A stretch of DNA of 64,000 nucleotides from NCBI GenBank assembly GCA_965230975.1, contig OZ246402.1, positions 379,819 to 443,818 of the forward strand, in the 5' to 3' direction. Position numbers and translations under genes: made by a program. The stretch's first letter is position 1, and each line of letters starts with the position of its first letter. A model generated the notes under the pieces. That model saw nothing but the letters and a program-made list of their open reading frames with translations, did no database searches and had not been told where the DNA came from. This DNA is from an uncultured Candidatus Saccharibacteria bacterium. GTDB lineage: Bacteria > Patescibacteriota > Dojkabacteria > J137. Positions 50,853 to 60,417 of this stretch are shown here, piece after piece.

Positions 50853-51959
50853 ATGGAACCGCACCCAGTACCACAAAACATAATAGATGTAGAATTCAAA
50901 TTATTTGGCTCATTCAGCTTAAGACAATTTGGCCAAATATTAATAGGGTGCATGGTTGCAGTTATTGTGTACTTTATACCAATTGTTCCAATAATAATAA
51001 AAATCCCTGTAATTATAATTGCAGTTATTTCAGGGCTTTTATCTGCGGTTATTCCAAACTTTGGAACCTGGATGATTGGTTTTGCAAAAGCTTTAATAGT
51101 AGATCCTAGATACGTTTGGGTAAAAGAACCTGCCAGAAGTGATATTTTAGAACAAACCAAAACACAGCCAACAACAAAAGCTGTATCAAAAACTGATGAA
51201 ACTAAAGCAGATAAACTTGAATCTTTAATGATTGCAGATGCTATAGATGAAAAAGATGATGTGATGGAAGACTTTTTAATGAATGGTAAAGCACCTCAAA
51301 AGGATGGATTTAATAATTTATACGATAGAGTTTTTGTAGATGCAACTCCTAAGCCCATTGCCTCACAACAAGTTGATGATTCAAAATCAACTAATGAACC
51401 GGGCTTTCAAAACATTCAACAAACACAATTAGAGCAGGTTAAAGAAAAACCTTTAGATATAACAGATAATGCGAATCTGAAAGAAGTTAAGCCTTTAACA
51501 AAAGAAGATATTCTTAAGCAAATGGAACAGTTGAGATTGCAGTTAAGGCAATACAGCAAAGAATCTAATAAGGAAAAGGAGATGGAGGTTATGAGTCAAA
51601 TTAATGATTTGTATAATCAATACAAGTTAATGCAAAAAGAAGAACCAAAAGTAGTTGTAGCTGGTTCTAAAGAAGTACAAAACTTTGCAAAAAATGTTGA
51701 TCAAGGCAAAATTATATTTGGAATTGTTGTTACAAAGTCTGATAAACCTGTAGCAGACGCAGAAATTACATTAACTAATTTTGAAACCAAGGAGTCATTT
51801 ACAGGTAAAAGTAATTCTGATGGTAAATTTTCTACTGCTAAAAAGCTTCCTTTTGGAAAGTATGATGTTCAAATATTTCACCCAAACTTAACTTTTCATA
51901 CTTATAGGGTAGAAGTTGTAGATTCTTTATTACCTGCTTTTAAGTTTAGAGAGAAGTAG
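50853..51959 (+). CDS. PrgI-family (VirB3-like, type IV secretion-associated) membrane protein with C-terminal carboxypeptidase-regulatory-like domain
   Basis: 368 aa. N-terminal VPQNIIDVEFKLFGSFSLRQF plus two TM helices, as in PrgI-family proteins. C-terminal GIVVTKSDKPVADAEITL...SDGKF resembles a CarboxypepD_reg beta-sandwich. Confidence 0.5.
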   Translation: MEPHPVPQNIIDVEFKLFGSFSLRQFGQILIGCMVAVIVYFIPIVPIIIKIPVIIIAVISGLLSAVIPNFGTWMIGFAKALIVDPRYVWVKEPARSDILEQTKTQPTTKAVSKTDETKADKLESLMIADAIDEKDDVMEDFLMNGKAPQKDGFNNLYDRVFVDATPKPIASQQVDDSKSTNEPGFQNIQQTQLEQVKEKPLDITDNANLKEVKPLTKEDILKQMEQLRLQLRQYSKESNKEKEMEVMSQINDLYNQYKLMQKEEPKVVVAGSKEVQNFAKNVDQGKIIFGIVVTKSDKPVADAEITLTNFETKESFTGKSNSDGKFSTAKKLPFGKYDVQIFHPNLTFHTYRVEVVDSLLPAFKFREK

Positions 51960-52334
51960 TTAAATTATAGGTGGGTAGCTAAATTCAATGCCTTTAATCT
52001 CTTCTTCTGTAACTGTTGCGACCTCAACCCACTTTGTTAAAGAAGGTATTCTATCATCAGGGTAGCCAGTAAATTTTTCTTTAGTGCACCGAACTATAGA
52101 AGGAGTTCTATTAGCAGTCAACTGGTTATAAAATCCTATAGAATCTCCCTCAAAAGAAACTCTTGCATATGTCCACGGTATTTCATTTATTGTTTTTTCA
52201 TCATGATAACTGTTATTGTATCTATACTTTACTACACCTTTTTTATCAGCAATATCTTTTAACCTTTCGAATGCTTCTTCTTTAGAAATTATTGGGGTTT
52301 CTGGTAATTGTTCAGGAAATGGATTATTTGACAT
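51960..52334 (-). CDS. Hypothetical protein (124 aa)
   Basis: ORF between the PrgI-family gene and tRNA-Leu. Confidence 0.4.
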   Translation of the reverse strand: MSNNPFPEQLPETPIISKEEAFERLKDIADKKGVVKYRYNNSYHDEKTINEIPWTYARVSFEGDSIGFYNQLTANRTPSIVRCTKEKFTGYPDDRIPSLTKWVEVATVTEEEIKGIEFSYPPII

Positions 52335-52425
52335 TTTTATTTATTAATTATTGAATATCATACATCAAATAGTTTTTATTGCCAATTTGTTAAGGTTGAG
52401 AAACTTAATCTATATTGAAGTATAA

Positions 52426-52508
52426 TACCGGGGGAGGGACTCGAACCCTCACGCCCTTAAGGGCAACGGATTTTAAGTCCGTCGTGTCTACCATTCCACC
52501 ACCTCGGC
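52426..52508 (-). tRNA. tRNA-Leu (anticodon UAA), imperfect acceptor stem
   Basis: D-arm GUGG/AAUGGUAG, anticodon stem ACGGA/UCCGU with loop CUUAAAA, long variable arm, T-arm GAGGG-UUCGAGU-CCCUC. The acceptor GCCGAGG/CCCCGGU has a G1-U72 pair and an A-C mismatch. Confidence 0.65.
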
Positions 52509-52650
52509 ATTTAAATAACTTGCTTTGAAGAGCATTGAATTATAACCTCTGCCTTAAAATTTTTAAATAGATAATTTCTTAAATATGTTCTGACTGTTTT
52601 AAAATTTCGATTTGTGGGCTAATTTAAAAAATCCTCAAGTACAAATTTTG

Positions 52651-52712
52651 AAATTGTTAGCCAATTCTTCAAATTGTGAGCCAATTTTTTCAAATTGTAA
52701 GAAGTTTGCAAA
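52651..52712. repeat. Iteron-like direct repeats (~20 bp x 2.5)
   Basis: aaattgttagccaattcttc / aaattgtgagccaatttttt / caaattgtaagaag tandem units. Confidence 0.5.
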
Positions 52713-52760
52713 CTTTAGAAAGTATAATCCTCTATACTACAGAAACAGTGTCAAAAGAGT

Positions 52761-52810
52761 GCTAATTTGTTAGTAAAATTAGCAAGATTTAGTGCTAAGT
52801 TTAGCACTGT
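52761..52810. promoter_or_regulatory. Paired palindromes upstream of RHH-like gene (putative operator)
   Basis: gctaattt-N7-aaattagc and agtgctaa-gt-ttagcact, each with 8-bp arms. Confidence 0.4.
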
Positions 52811-52882
52811 TTATGTAGTGACTCAAAACTCTTAAGTAAAAAATTCAAGATTAAGAGGCCTTATAAACTTATCAATAAAAAA

Positions 52883-53161
52883 ATGTATAAAATAAATAGA
52901 CATACAATAAGAAGAAATATTTACCTAACACCCCAAATCTATGAACAGTCAAAAATCATAGCCAATAAACTAGGTGTTAAATACAACGAATACATAAGAT
53001 ATTTAATATCACAAGATATCTCTAGGTATGAGCTAAACGAGATTGACTTTATAACTCAAAAAGAAAAGATAGAACTAAGGCGAATAATAATTGAAATAAG
53101 AAATCATAGACATGTTGCTTCAAAAGACATCGAAAAAGTACTAAGAAGATTGATAGATTGA
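52883..53161 (+). CDS. Ribbon-helix-helix-like small DNA-binding protein (putative)
   Basis: 92 aa. RNIYLTPQIYEQSKIIANKLGVKYNEYIRYLI fits a beta-strand then two helices, as in the CopG/Arc/MobC-type fold. Confidence 0.35.
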   Translation: MYKINRHTIRRNIYLTPQIYEQSKIIANKLGVKYNEYIRYLISQDISRYELNEIDFITQKEKIELRRIIIEIRNHRHVASKDIEKVLRRLID

Positions 53162-53194
53162 AACTACTTATTACACAAGCTTTTTGCTATAATT

Positions 53195-53770
53195 ATGGGT
53201 AATTCTAACAAAAACAAAATGCTAAAAATATTGCAATATGGCAGTCCAATTTTGGAAAAGCCAACAAATAAAGTTGAAAACGTAAAAGATCCTAAAATAT
53301 TAAAACTAATAGACGAAATGCTAAAAGTTTTAGAAAAAGAAGAGGATCATTCTGCAGGCCTATCTGCACCACAAGTGGGGCAAAGTCTAAAAATCGCAAT
53401 TTGTAGAAGATTAGATTTAGAAGATGAGCTACAAGATAAAAACAAACAACAAAATATTGTAAAAAAAACAGAAGCAATTTGGGAAGTAATGATAAATCCG
53501 CAAATAACATATAAATCTAACGACAAATCTACAAAATGGGAAGGTTGCTTAAGTGTAAACCAGGGTGAATTATTTGGTGAAGTAACAAGGCCTAGAATAG
53601 TAAAGGTTAAATATACAACTATTGAAGGTAAAGAAGTTGAAATTATTGCAGATGGATACTTTTCTCATGTTGTGCAACACGAATTAGATCACTTAGACGG
53701 CGTTTTATTTTTAAAATATATAAACGACCCAACAAAACTGTACACTCCGGACGAAATAGAAGATCTATAA
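53195..53770 (+). CDS. def: Peptide deformylase (with internal insertion)
   Basis: 191 aa. GLSAPQVG, EGCLSV and HELDHLDG motifs. An extra acidic/K-rich insert lies between motifs 1 and 2. Confidence 0.85.
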   Translation: MGNSNKNKMLKILQYGSPILEKPTNKVENVKDPKILKLIDEMLKVLEKEEDHSAGLSAPQVGQSLKIAICRRLDLEDELQDKNKQQNIVKKTEAIWEVMINPQITYKSNDKSTKWEGCLSVNQGELFGEVTRPRIVKVKYTTIEGKEVEIIADGYFSHVVQHELDHLDGVLFLKYINDPTKLYTPDEIEDL

Positions 53771-53811
53771 AAATCATTGATAGCAACCAATATTAAGATT
53801 ACAATAGATTC

Positions 53812-55260
53812 ATGATTAAATTATCTGCAGAAGAATTCTTAAAATTCATACCTGGATATATTATTGATATATCTGAAAAGCTACAAGAGTCCGGTTATCA
53901 CGCCTATCTTGTTGGCGGATCTATTAGAGACATACTTTTAGAAAAACAACCAGACGACTTTGACATTGCAACAAACGCTTACCCTGAAGAAATAATGAAA
54001 ATATTTCCCAAAAGCATTCCAACAGGAGCTAAATTTGGAACAATCACAGTAATCGCAGAAGATGAGAACGGAGAGAAATTTGAAGTCCAAATAACCACAT
54101 ATAGATCAGAGGCAGATTACATAGGTGGCAGATGGCCATCTAAAGTTGAGTTTAGTAGAGAGATTGAAGATGACTTATCCCGAAGAGATTTTACAATTAA
54201 TGCTCTAGCTCTTAACTTACAAAGATTTGATGAAAAAGATATTGCAGTAGATCAGTTGATAATAGATCTATTTGGTGGCTTAAATGATTTAAAGGCTAAA
54301 AGAATTAGGGCGGTTCGAGACCCTTTCGAAAGATTTTCAGAAGATGGCTTAAGATCAGTAAGAGCTTGCAGACTAGCCTCACAATTAAATTTTAAGATAG
54401 AGCCAAAAACTTTTAATGCAATAAAACAAGCGTTGCACATTACAAAAATGGTATCTGTTGAAAGGTTTAGAGATGAACTAATGAAGATTTTATTAAAATC
54501 ATCTCAACCTTCTAAAGGATTACTTTTATTAAAAGAGAGTGGAATATTAAATATTTTTTTACCTGAGTTATTAGAAGGTATTGGAGTAAATCAGCCACAA
54601 TTTCATGCAGATGATGTGTTTATCCATTTATTAAAAACTGTAGATGCTGCTGAAGATAGCATTAAACTTGCTGCACTTTTTCATGATATTGCAAAACCTA
54701 GAACAATGACGGTAGATGATAAAGGCGTTCATTTTTATGGACACGATGTTATGGGAGCTCAAATGACTAAAGATATTATGAAGAGACTGAAGTTTTCTAA
54801 TTCAGAGATAGAAAAAACATCTAATTTAGTAAGATGGCATATGTTTTACTACCCTTCGGCCGATTGGAGAAAAACAGAAGAAAGTAAAAGATCTGCAGAT
54901 TTAGGCTGGACAGATGCAGCAATAAGAAGGTTTATTCAAAATGTTGGTGGAGAAGATGCAGTAGATGACCTTATGAAATTGAGAATTGCAGATGCAGCTG
55001 GTAACCCAAAAAGTGAATTTGATGCTAAAGAGTTAGATGCCCTATCTCAAAGAATAGCAGAGGTTAGGGCAAAAGAGATGGCTTTAAAAATTACAGATTT
55101 AGATATTACTGGTCACGATTTAAAAGATAATTTTGAAATTGATGGCAAACAACTAGGCGATGTTTTAAGGTATTTACTTGATAAAGTAATAGAGGAGCCC
55201 GCATTAAATAAAAAGATAGATTTACTTAGATTGGCAGAGGAGTATATAGATAAAGAGTAG
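53812..55260 (+). CDS. cca: CCA-adding tRNA nucleotidyltransferase with HD domain
   Basis: 482 aa. Pol-beta head (GGSIRDILL, DFDIAT) and HD domain (LFHDIAKP). Confidence 0.85.
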   Translation: MIKLSAEEFLKFIPGYIIDISEKLQESGYHAYLVGGSIRDILLEKQPDDFDIATNAYPEEIMKIFPKSIPTGAKFGTITVIAEDENGEKFEVQITTYRSEADYIGGRWPSKVEFSREIEDDLSRRDFTINALALNLQRFDEKDIAVDQLIIDLFGGLNDLKAKRIRAVRDPFERFSEDGLRSVRACRLASQLNFKIEPKTFNAIKQALHITKMVSVERFRDELMKILLKSSQPSKGLLLLKESGILNIFLPELLEGIGVNQPQFHADDVFIHLLKTVDAAEDSIKLAALFHDIAKPRTMTVDDKGVHFYGHDVMGAQMTKDIMKRLKFSNSEIEKTSNLVRWHMFYYPSADWRKTEESKRSADLGWTDAAIRRFIQNVGGEDAVDDLMKLRIADAAGNPKSEFDAKELDALSQRIAEVRAKEMALKITDLDITGHDLKDNFEIDGKQLGDVLRYLLDKVIEEPALNKKIDLLRLAEEYIDKE

Positions 55261-55302
55261 TTTTGAATATTATTTACTAAAATATATTCAGCTTAAGTTA
55301 CT

Positions 55303-56835
55303 ATGGAGCAAAACCAGCAAACTAAAAGAAAAAAGATAATTGTTATAGCACTATTAGTATTAACAATCCTTTTAGGTGCGGTTGCTGTCTTCATCTCTTA
55401 TTATATTCAGCAAAACCAAAGCCCAGAAAGTAGTAGTGCAGATGCTGCTTGTGATACCGCAGATCAATGTTTTACATTTGAACTGGCAAATAGTATTCAA
55501 TGTCAAAAGTCTGGAGCTACAAAAAATTGCTGCCCTGCAGGGACTCAAATAGATAATTCCATTAGAGCTTGTATATCTGCTTGTAATGTTAAAAATAATA
55601 ACTGTACTCCAGTTACTACTCCCCTATCTGGTTCTACGAGGTGTTATTTTGCAGATCAGATTTATAATTGTTGCCCCGGAACTCAAATTGCTCAAAATGG
55701 AACATGTGTAGATGGCAGTTCTTCCTCTGCGACTTGCCCATTCGGTACAAGTATAAATTCATCAAAAACTTTATGTGTTTGCGACAATAATAGTACCTTT
55801 ACTTATCCTATTGGAACAGTAAGTGCAAATTGTCCAAAATCTTGTAGTGATGCGGGAGGATCATGCCAAACAAGTGCTTGTAAAACAGGCCAAACTACAG
55901 TAACAAACGGCGTTTGTAATGGGGGAGGTTTTTGTTGTAGTGGTACAGCAACTAGTACGGATACTCAAAACCCCGATACCCAGACCCCTGGTGGCCAAGT
56001 TAGCGGCTCTTGTGGAAACGGTGGTTCATGTTTTTTACAGGGTGGAAGTTTTAATGGGGTTACTGTAAATAACTGTGGAAGTGTGGGTAGGGTTGACTCA
56101 TCACCAAATAGTTGTGGGGCGGGATATTTATGTTGTAGTTTAACGAACAGTGGAAGCTCTTCGTCTGGCAACTCAAATAACGGAGCAACAACTACAACAA
56201 AATCTCAATGTGGAGGTACTTGCAATACAAGTTCTGACTGTGCTGCTTCTGCAACTGGTGTTACTGTAACATGTAGAAATGGTGTTTGTGAAAATGCATC
56301 TTGTACCGTTGGTAAAACAGTTCCAGGAGCAAATTGCGAGTGTAGTACTTTGAATGCTTGTGGACAAGCATGTAGCGCAAGCTTAGGTCTTTGTCAGTCC
56401 GGATCAGAGTGTGGGTTTATTGGATCTCCAACTTCTTGTGTTCAAAACGAGGGTTTAAATAATGGAACCCAATTTTGCCTTCCGCAAAACCCATCTAAAG
56501 GCTATACACTTACTTCTTGCACAGGTTTATCTGCTCTTAATTTAAGAAGCCCTTTGGGTACAAATGTAACAAGTCAAGCACAAGTTTTAGAAGCGTGTAA
56601 CTTGATAACTCAATCAAGTGGAGTAGGAAGTTCAGGGCAGTCAAGTGCGTCAGTTTGTGGAGATAGTGTTTGTTCTGCTAATGAAAGTAGCTTCACTTGT
56701 CCTGGAGATTGTACTTTGCCGGATACCGCAATAGTATCAGATAGATTTGATAGGGTTATAATAGGAATTTTTGTAATAATCTTGGGTATAAGCTTAGCAG
56801 GCGGGTTTGATAAACTAAGAAGAGTAGTCAAATAA
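55303..56835 (+). CDS. Secreted Cys/Gly/Ser/Thr-rich protein with C-terminal tail anchor
   Basis: 510 aa. N-terminal TM/signal, more than 50 Cys in repeated CxxGxxC-like spacing, then a C-terminal hydrophobic helix and RRVVK tail. Confidence 0.5.
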   Translation: MEQNQQTKRKKIIVIALLVLTILLGAVAVFISYYIQQNQSPESSSADAACDTADQCFTFELANSIQCQKSGATKNCCPAGTQIDNSIRACISACNVKNNNCTPVTTPLSGSTRCYFADQIYNCCPGTQIAQNGTCVDGSSSSATCPFGTSINSSKTLCVCDNNSTFTYPIGTVSANCPKSCSDAGGSCQTSACKTGQTTVTNGVCNGGGFCCSGTATSTDTQNPDTQTPGGQVSGSCGNGGSCFLQGGSFNGVTVNNCGSVGRVDSSPNSCGAGYLCCSLTNSGSSSSGNSNNGATTTTKSQCGGTCNTSSDCAASATGVTVTCRNGVCENASCTVGKTVPGANCECSTLNACGQACSASLGLCQSGSECGFIGSPTSCVQNEGLNNGTQFCLPQNPSKGYTLTSCTGLSALNLRSPLGTNVTSQAQVLEACNLITQSSGVGSSGQSSASVCGDSVCSANESSFTCPGDCTLPDTAIVSDRFDRVIIGIFVIILGISLAGGFDKLRRVVK

Positions 56836-57052
56836 AACCAAAATTTGTAACTTTACTATTAATGAACTATAATCTACCAAGAAGTTTTAGGAGATTTATC
56901 GCTTCCAAAACCAAATTCAAAACAAAATTATATTAAAATGTAATTTCGTTTTGGGTTTGGAACCCTTTCTCCTTATTAAACTTTCCTTAATATTGGCATA
57001 AGTCATAATAGACTTTTTGCATATTTTGAATATATTTATTAATTTTGCATTC

Positions 57053-59365
57053 ATGCAAGAAATTAAAAAGACATATAGTCTTAATGGTGTTGAAATTGAA
57101 ATTTCAACCGGCAAGTTGGCCACACTTTCAAGTGGTTCAGTTTTAATTAAAATGGGTGGCACAGTAGTTTTAGCTACTGCAAGCATAGATAAAAAAGATG
57201 CTCAGCAAGACTTCTTCCCACTATCTGTAGAATACATTGAAAAAATGTATGCAAGAGGAGCAATCTCTGGCGCTAGATTCGAAAAAAGAGAAGGTTTCCC
57301 ATCAGAAGAAGCAATCGTAAAAGCAAGACAAATTGACCACTCAATTAGATCTCTATTCCCAAAGAGTTATAGAAAACCAGTAATGGTAATAATAACTGTA
57401 ATGGCATATGATCAAGAAAACGACCCAGAAATCTTAGCAGTATTTGGTTCAAGCTTGGCGTTGTTATTGTCAGGTGCTCCATTTTATGGACCAAGTTCTA
57501 GTGCTGTAACTGGCATTTTAGAAGATGGATCAATTGTTACAAACCCTAAAGTTTCTCAACACGAAGGTTTGATGGCAGAATTGTTAATCTCAGGTTTAGA
57601 TGATAGATTACTTAACATTGAAGGATGGGCAAAAGAAATTACAGAAGATGTAATGGGCAAGGCTTTAGATTCTGCAAATGAAGTAATAAAGCAAATGAAT
57701 CAAATTCAATTAGACTTTGTTAAAGAATGTGGCGTAACTTTAAATAACCAAATTGTTAAAGAAGCAGACGTTCCAGTTTCTGTAGAATTAATCGAAAGAA
57801 TTAAACACGACAAACACGATGATATTGTAAAAGCTTTGTTTGTAGAAAAAGATAAAGATACAAGCAGAGGAGAAAACTTAGGTGCTATTAAAAATGCTTT
57901 ATGGGAAGAGATTTCTAAAGAGCAATCAGCAAATGCAGAGCTATCAGAAGATCAGAAAGTTACAGAATATCAAATTGACCTTGGCGTAGAATACGTTGCT
58001 AGAAAAGTTTTGAGATCTGCAGTTATGGAAGAAGGTAAAAGAGTTACAAAAAGAGGATTAGAAGATATTAGAGATTTAAAAGCAGAAGTTGATTTATTAC
58101 CAACAGTTCATGGATCTGCATTGTTCTGTAGAGGTTTAACACAATCATTATCAATTGTGACTTTAGGTTCTCAAGGTAAAGAACAAATCTTAGATGAAAT
58201 GGAAGGTGAAACTTATAATAGATTCTTTCACCATTACAACATGCCTCCATTCTCAACAGGAGAAGCTGGTAGATACAGTTACAAACCAGGTAGAAGAGAA
58301 ATTGGGCATGGTGCAATAGGTTTAAATGCATTAAAAAACATGCTTCCATCTCAAGAAGAATTCCCATACACAATAAGAGTTGTATCAGAAATCTTAACTT
58401 CAAATGGATCTACATCAATGGCTGCAACTTGTGCATCTAGCATGGCATTAATGGCTGCAGGTGTCCCTTTAAAAGAAGCAGTAGCAGGTATCGGAGTTGG
58501 TTTGGTGACAAACGATCAAAATGAAGATGACTACAGATTACTTTTAGACATTGAAGGAATAGAAGACTTTTATGGAGATATGGACTTTAAAGTTACAGGT
58601 ACAAAGAATGGTGTAACAGCAATTCAATACGAAAATAAATTAAGAGGTGTAAAAATTGAAGTTTTGAAAAAAGCATTTGCATTGGCTCAAAAGGGTAGGA
58701 TGCAAGTATTAGAAGTTATGAATAAAGCAATTACTGAACCAAGAAAAGAGCTTTCCCCAACTGCACCAATTGTTGGATCTATTACTATTAAGCAGGACAG
58801 CATTGGAATGTTGATTGGCCCAGGAGGCAAAAATATTAAAGAGCTTGTAGCAAGATCTTCAGAAGATTATGCTGCACCAGCGGACATTAATATTGATGAT
58901 TCTGGAAAAGTTACTATTACTGCATCAAATAAAGCTCAATTAGACTTTGTAATAGGCCTAATTAGTGACATGCTAGGAGAAGCAGAAGTAGGTAAAGTTT
59001 ATACAGGAATTGTTGATAGAATAATGCCATACGGCGTATTTGTAGATGTAACCTCAAATATTTCTGGGTTATTACATGTAAGTGAGATCTTTGAAAAACA
59101 AGGTAACTTTGATGTTTCTAAAGTTTTTACAGAAGGTGAAAAGGTTAAAGTTAAAGTTACAAAGATAGAAGATGGCAAGGTTAGTTTTAGTGTAAAAGGT
59201 GTTGAACAAGATTCGGATCTTTTAGCTAGAATCGAAGCTGCTCCAATTGCAGAAAGAACTTTTGACAGGCCACAAGGTGACAGAGGAGGAAATAGAAGGG
59301 GCGGTTTTAATGGTGGCGACAGAAGAAACAACGGTGGTGGAGATTTTAGAAGATCAAGATACTAA
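57053..59365 (+). CDS. pnp: Polyribonucleotide nucleotidyltransferase (PNPase) with Gly/Arg-rich tail
   Basis: Two RNase PH domains, KH (IGPGGKNIKEL), S1, and a C-terminal RGGNRRGGFNGGDRR tail. Start chosen at MQEIKK (57053) rather than the upstream in-frame ATG at 57017. Confidence 0.9.
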   Translation: MQEIKKTYSLNGVEIEISTGKLATLSSGSVLIKMGGTVVLATASIDKKDAQQDFFPLSVEYIEKMYARGAISGARFEKREGFPSEEAIVKARQIDHSIRSLFPKSYRKPVMVIITVMAYDQENDPEILAVFGSSLALLLSGAPFYGPSSSAVTGILEDGSIVTNPKVSQHEGLMAELLISGLDDRLLNIEGWAKEITEDVMGKALDSANEVIKQMNQIQLDFVKECGVTLNNQIVKEADVPVSVELIERIKHDKHDDIVKALFVEKDKDTSRGENLGAIKNALWEEISKEQSANAELSEDQKVTEYQIDLGVEYVARKVLRSAVMEEGKRVTKRGLEDIRDLKAEVDLLPTVHGSALFCRGLTQSLSIVTLGSQGKEQILDEMEGETYNRFFHHYNMPPFSTGEAGRYSYKPGRREIGHGAIGLNALKNMLPSQEEFPYTIRVVSEILTSNGSTSMAATCASSMALMAAGVPLKEAVAGIGVGLVTNDQNEDDYRLLLDIEGIEDFYGDMDFKVTGTKNGVTAIQYENKLRGVKIEVLKKAFALAQKGRMQVLEVMNKAITEPRKELSPTAPIVGSITIKQDSIGMLIGPGGKNIKELVARSSEDYAAPADINIDDSGKVTITASNKAQLDFVIGLISDMLGEAEVGKVYTGIVDRIMPYGVFVDVTSNISGLLHVSEIFEKQGNFDVSKVFTEGEKVKVKVTKIEDGKVSFSVKGVEQDSDLLARIEAAPIAERTFDRPQGDRGGNRRGGFNGGDRRNNGGGDFRRSRY

Positions 59366-59774
59366 TCTATATTCTAGACTAGTAAGTTAAAGACCAAGCC
59401 CGGTATTAGAGAAATCTTTTACCGGGTTTTTATATGGTTATATGATTATCCCTTTTAACTCGGTAAATATGAATATTTGCAACTTTTTATGTGCAAACTA
59501 TGGGAGGTTTATCTAACTCTTTTTTTAGACTTGATAAATTGGTATACACCTTTGGAGTGTACGAATATACTTTAGTCTTTTGCAGTTGCTTTACAGTTAA
59601 GAGATAATAGCTTTATAGTATACCTAACCCATATGCAAAAGGCGTATACCAAAATCTTGGTTTGTTAGAAAGGTAAGCGGGTATTGGTGGCAGTAGATAT
59701 TAAATAGGGTAAGTTTCTTTTTCACTTTACATGCGTATTCCCTTTTGTTTAAATAGAATATCTAAATCCAATTT

Positions 59775-60353
59775 ATGAAACTATCAGAAACTAATTTTGC
59801 AAAAATAGTAAGCATAATTTTTAATCCTTTCTTGGTTTTAACTCTGGCTTTAGTTTTAGGAAATTTGATTTGGGTTCAACTGCATACGGGCCCAGTGATA
59901 TTTGTTATATCGGTACTGATTTTTTTACCATTTATTGTTTATACTGCCAAGATTTCTACTAAAAAAGCAGGATTTTGGCATCCGCACAATCTTTTAAGAA
60001 AAGAAAGGGACAGTGTTTATATTTTTGGAATGTTTGCCTCTTTAATTTCAATCCTAGCTTTTAGTTATATTGGTATAAACTATTGGCTGGGAAACAGTTT
60101 TATAGCATTCTTGCTTATAGCATTGTTATTTTTAGTAAATAAATATATTGATAAAGCAAGCGTTCACACTGCAGTATTTTGCTTTTCAGTTTTTTACCTT
60201 ACAGATAAATTTGATACAAGCATAGGCTTGTTTTTAATAGCCTTACCTATTATTATGTGGGCCAGAGTTAAATTGCACCAACATACGTGGGTTCAGCTGT
60301 TTCTTGGGATTATTGTAGGAATGTTGGTTGGTCTACTAAGTTGGACTATTTAA
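59775..60353 (+). CDS. PAP2-family phosphatase-like membrane protein (putative)
   Basis: 192 aa polytopic. KASVHTAV and ARVKLHQHTWVQ resemble PAP2 motifs 2 and 3. Adjacent to murJ. Confidence 0.4.
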   Translation: MKLSETNFAKIVSIIFNPFLVLTLALVLGNLIWVQLHTGPVIFVISVLIFLPFIVYTAKISTKKAGFWHPHNLLRKERDSVYIFGMFASLISILAFSYIGINYWLGNSFIAFLLIALLFLVNKYIDKASVHTAVFCFSVFYLTDKFDTSIGLFLIALPIIMWARVKLHQHTWVQLFLGIIVGMLVGLLSWTI

Positions 60354-60417
60354 TGTTGCATTTTTGCATAACTAGGTAGAAAATAGACCTTTGTATCGTA
60401 TTCTTTATTAACAACAC

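Noticed and set aside
57017-57052. Upstream in-frame extension of pnp (MHILNIFINFAF)
   Set aside because: PNPase homologues begin near MQEIKK. The 12 extra hydrophobic residues are unlikely to be real.
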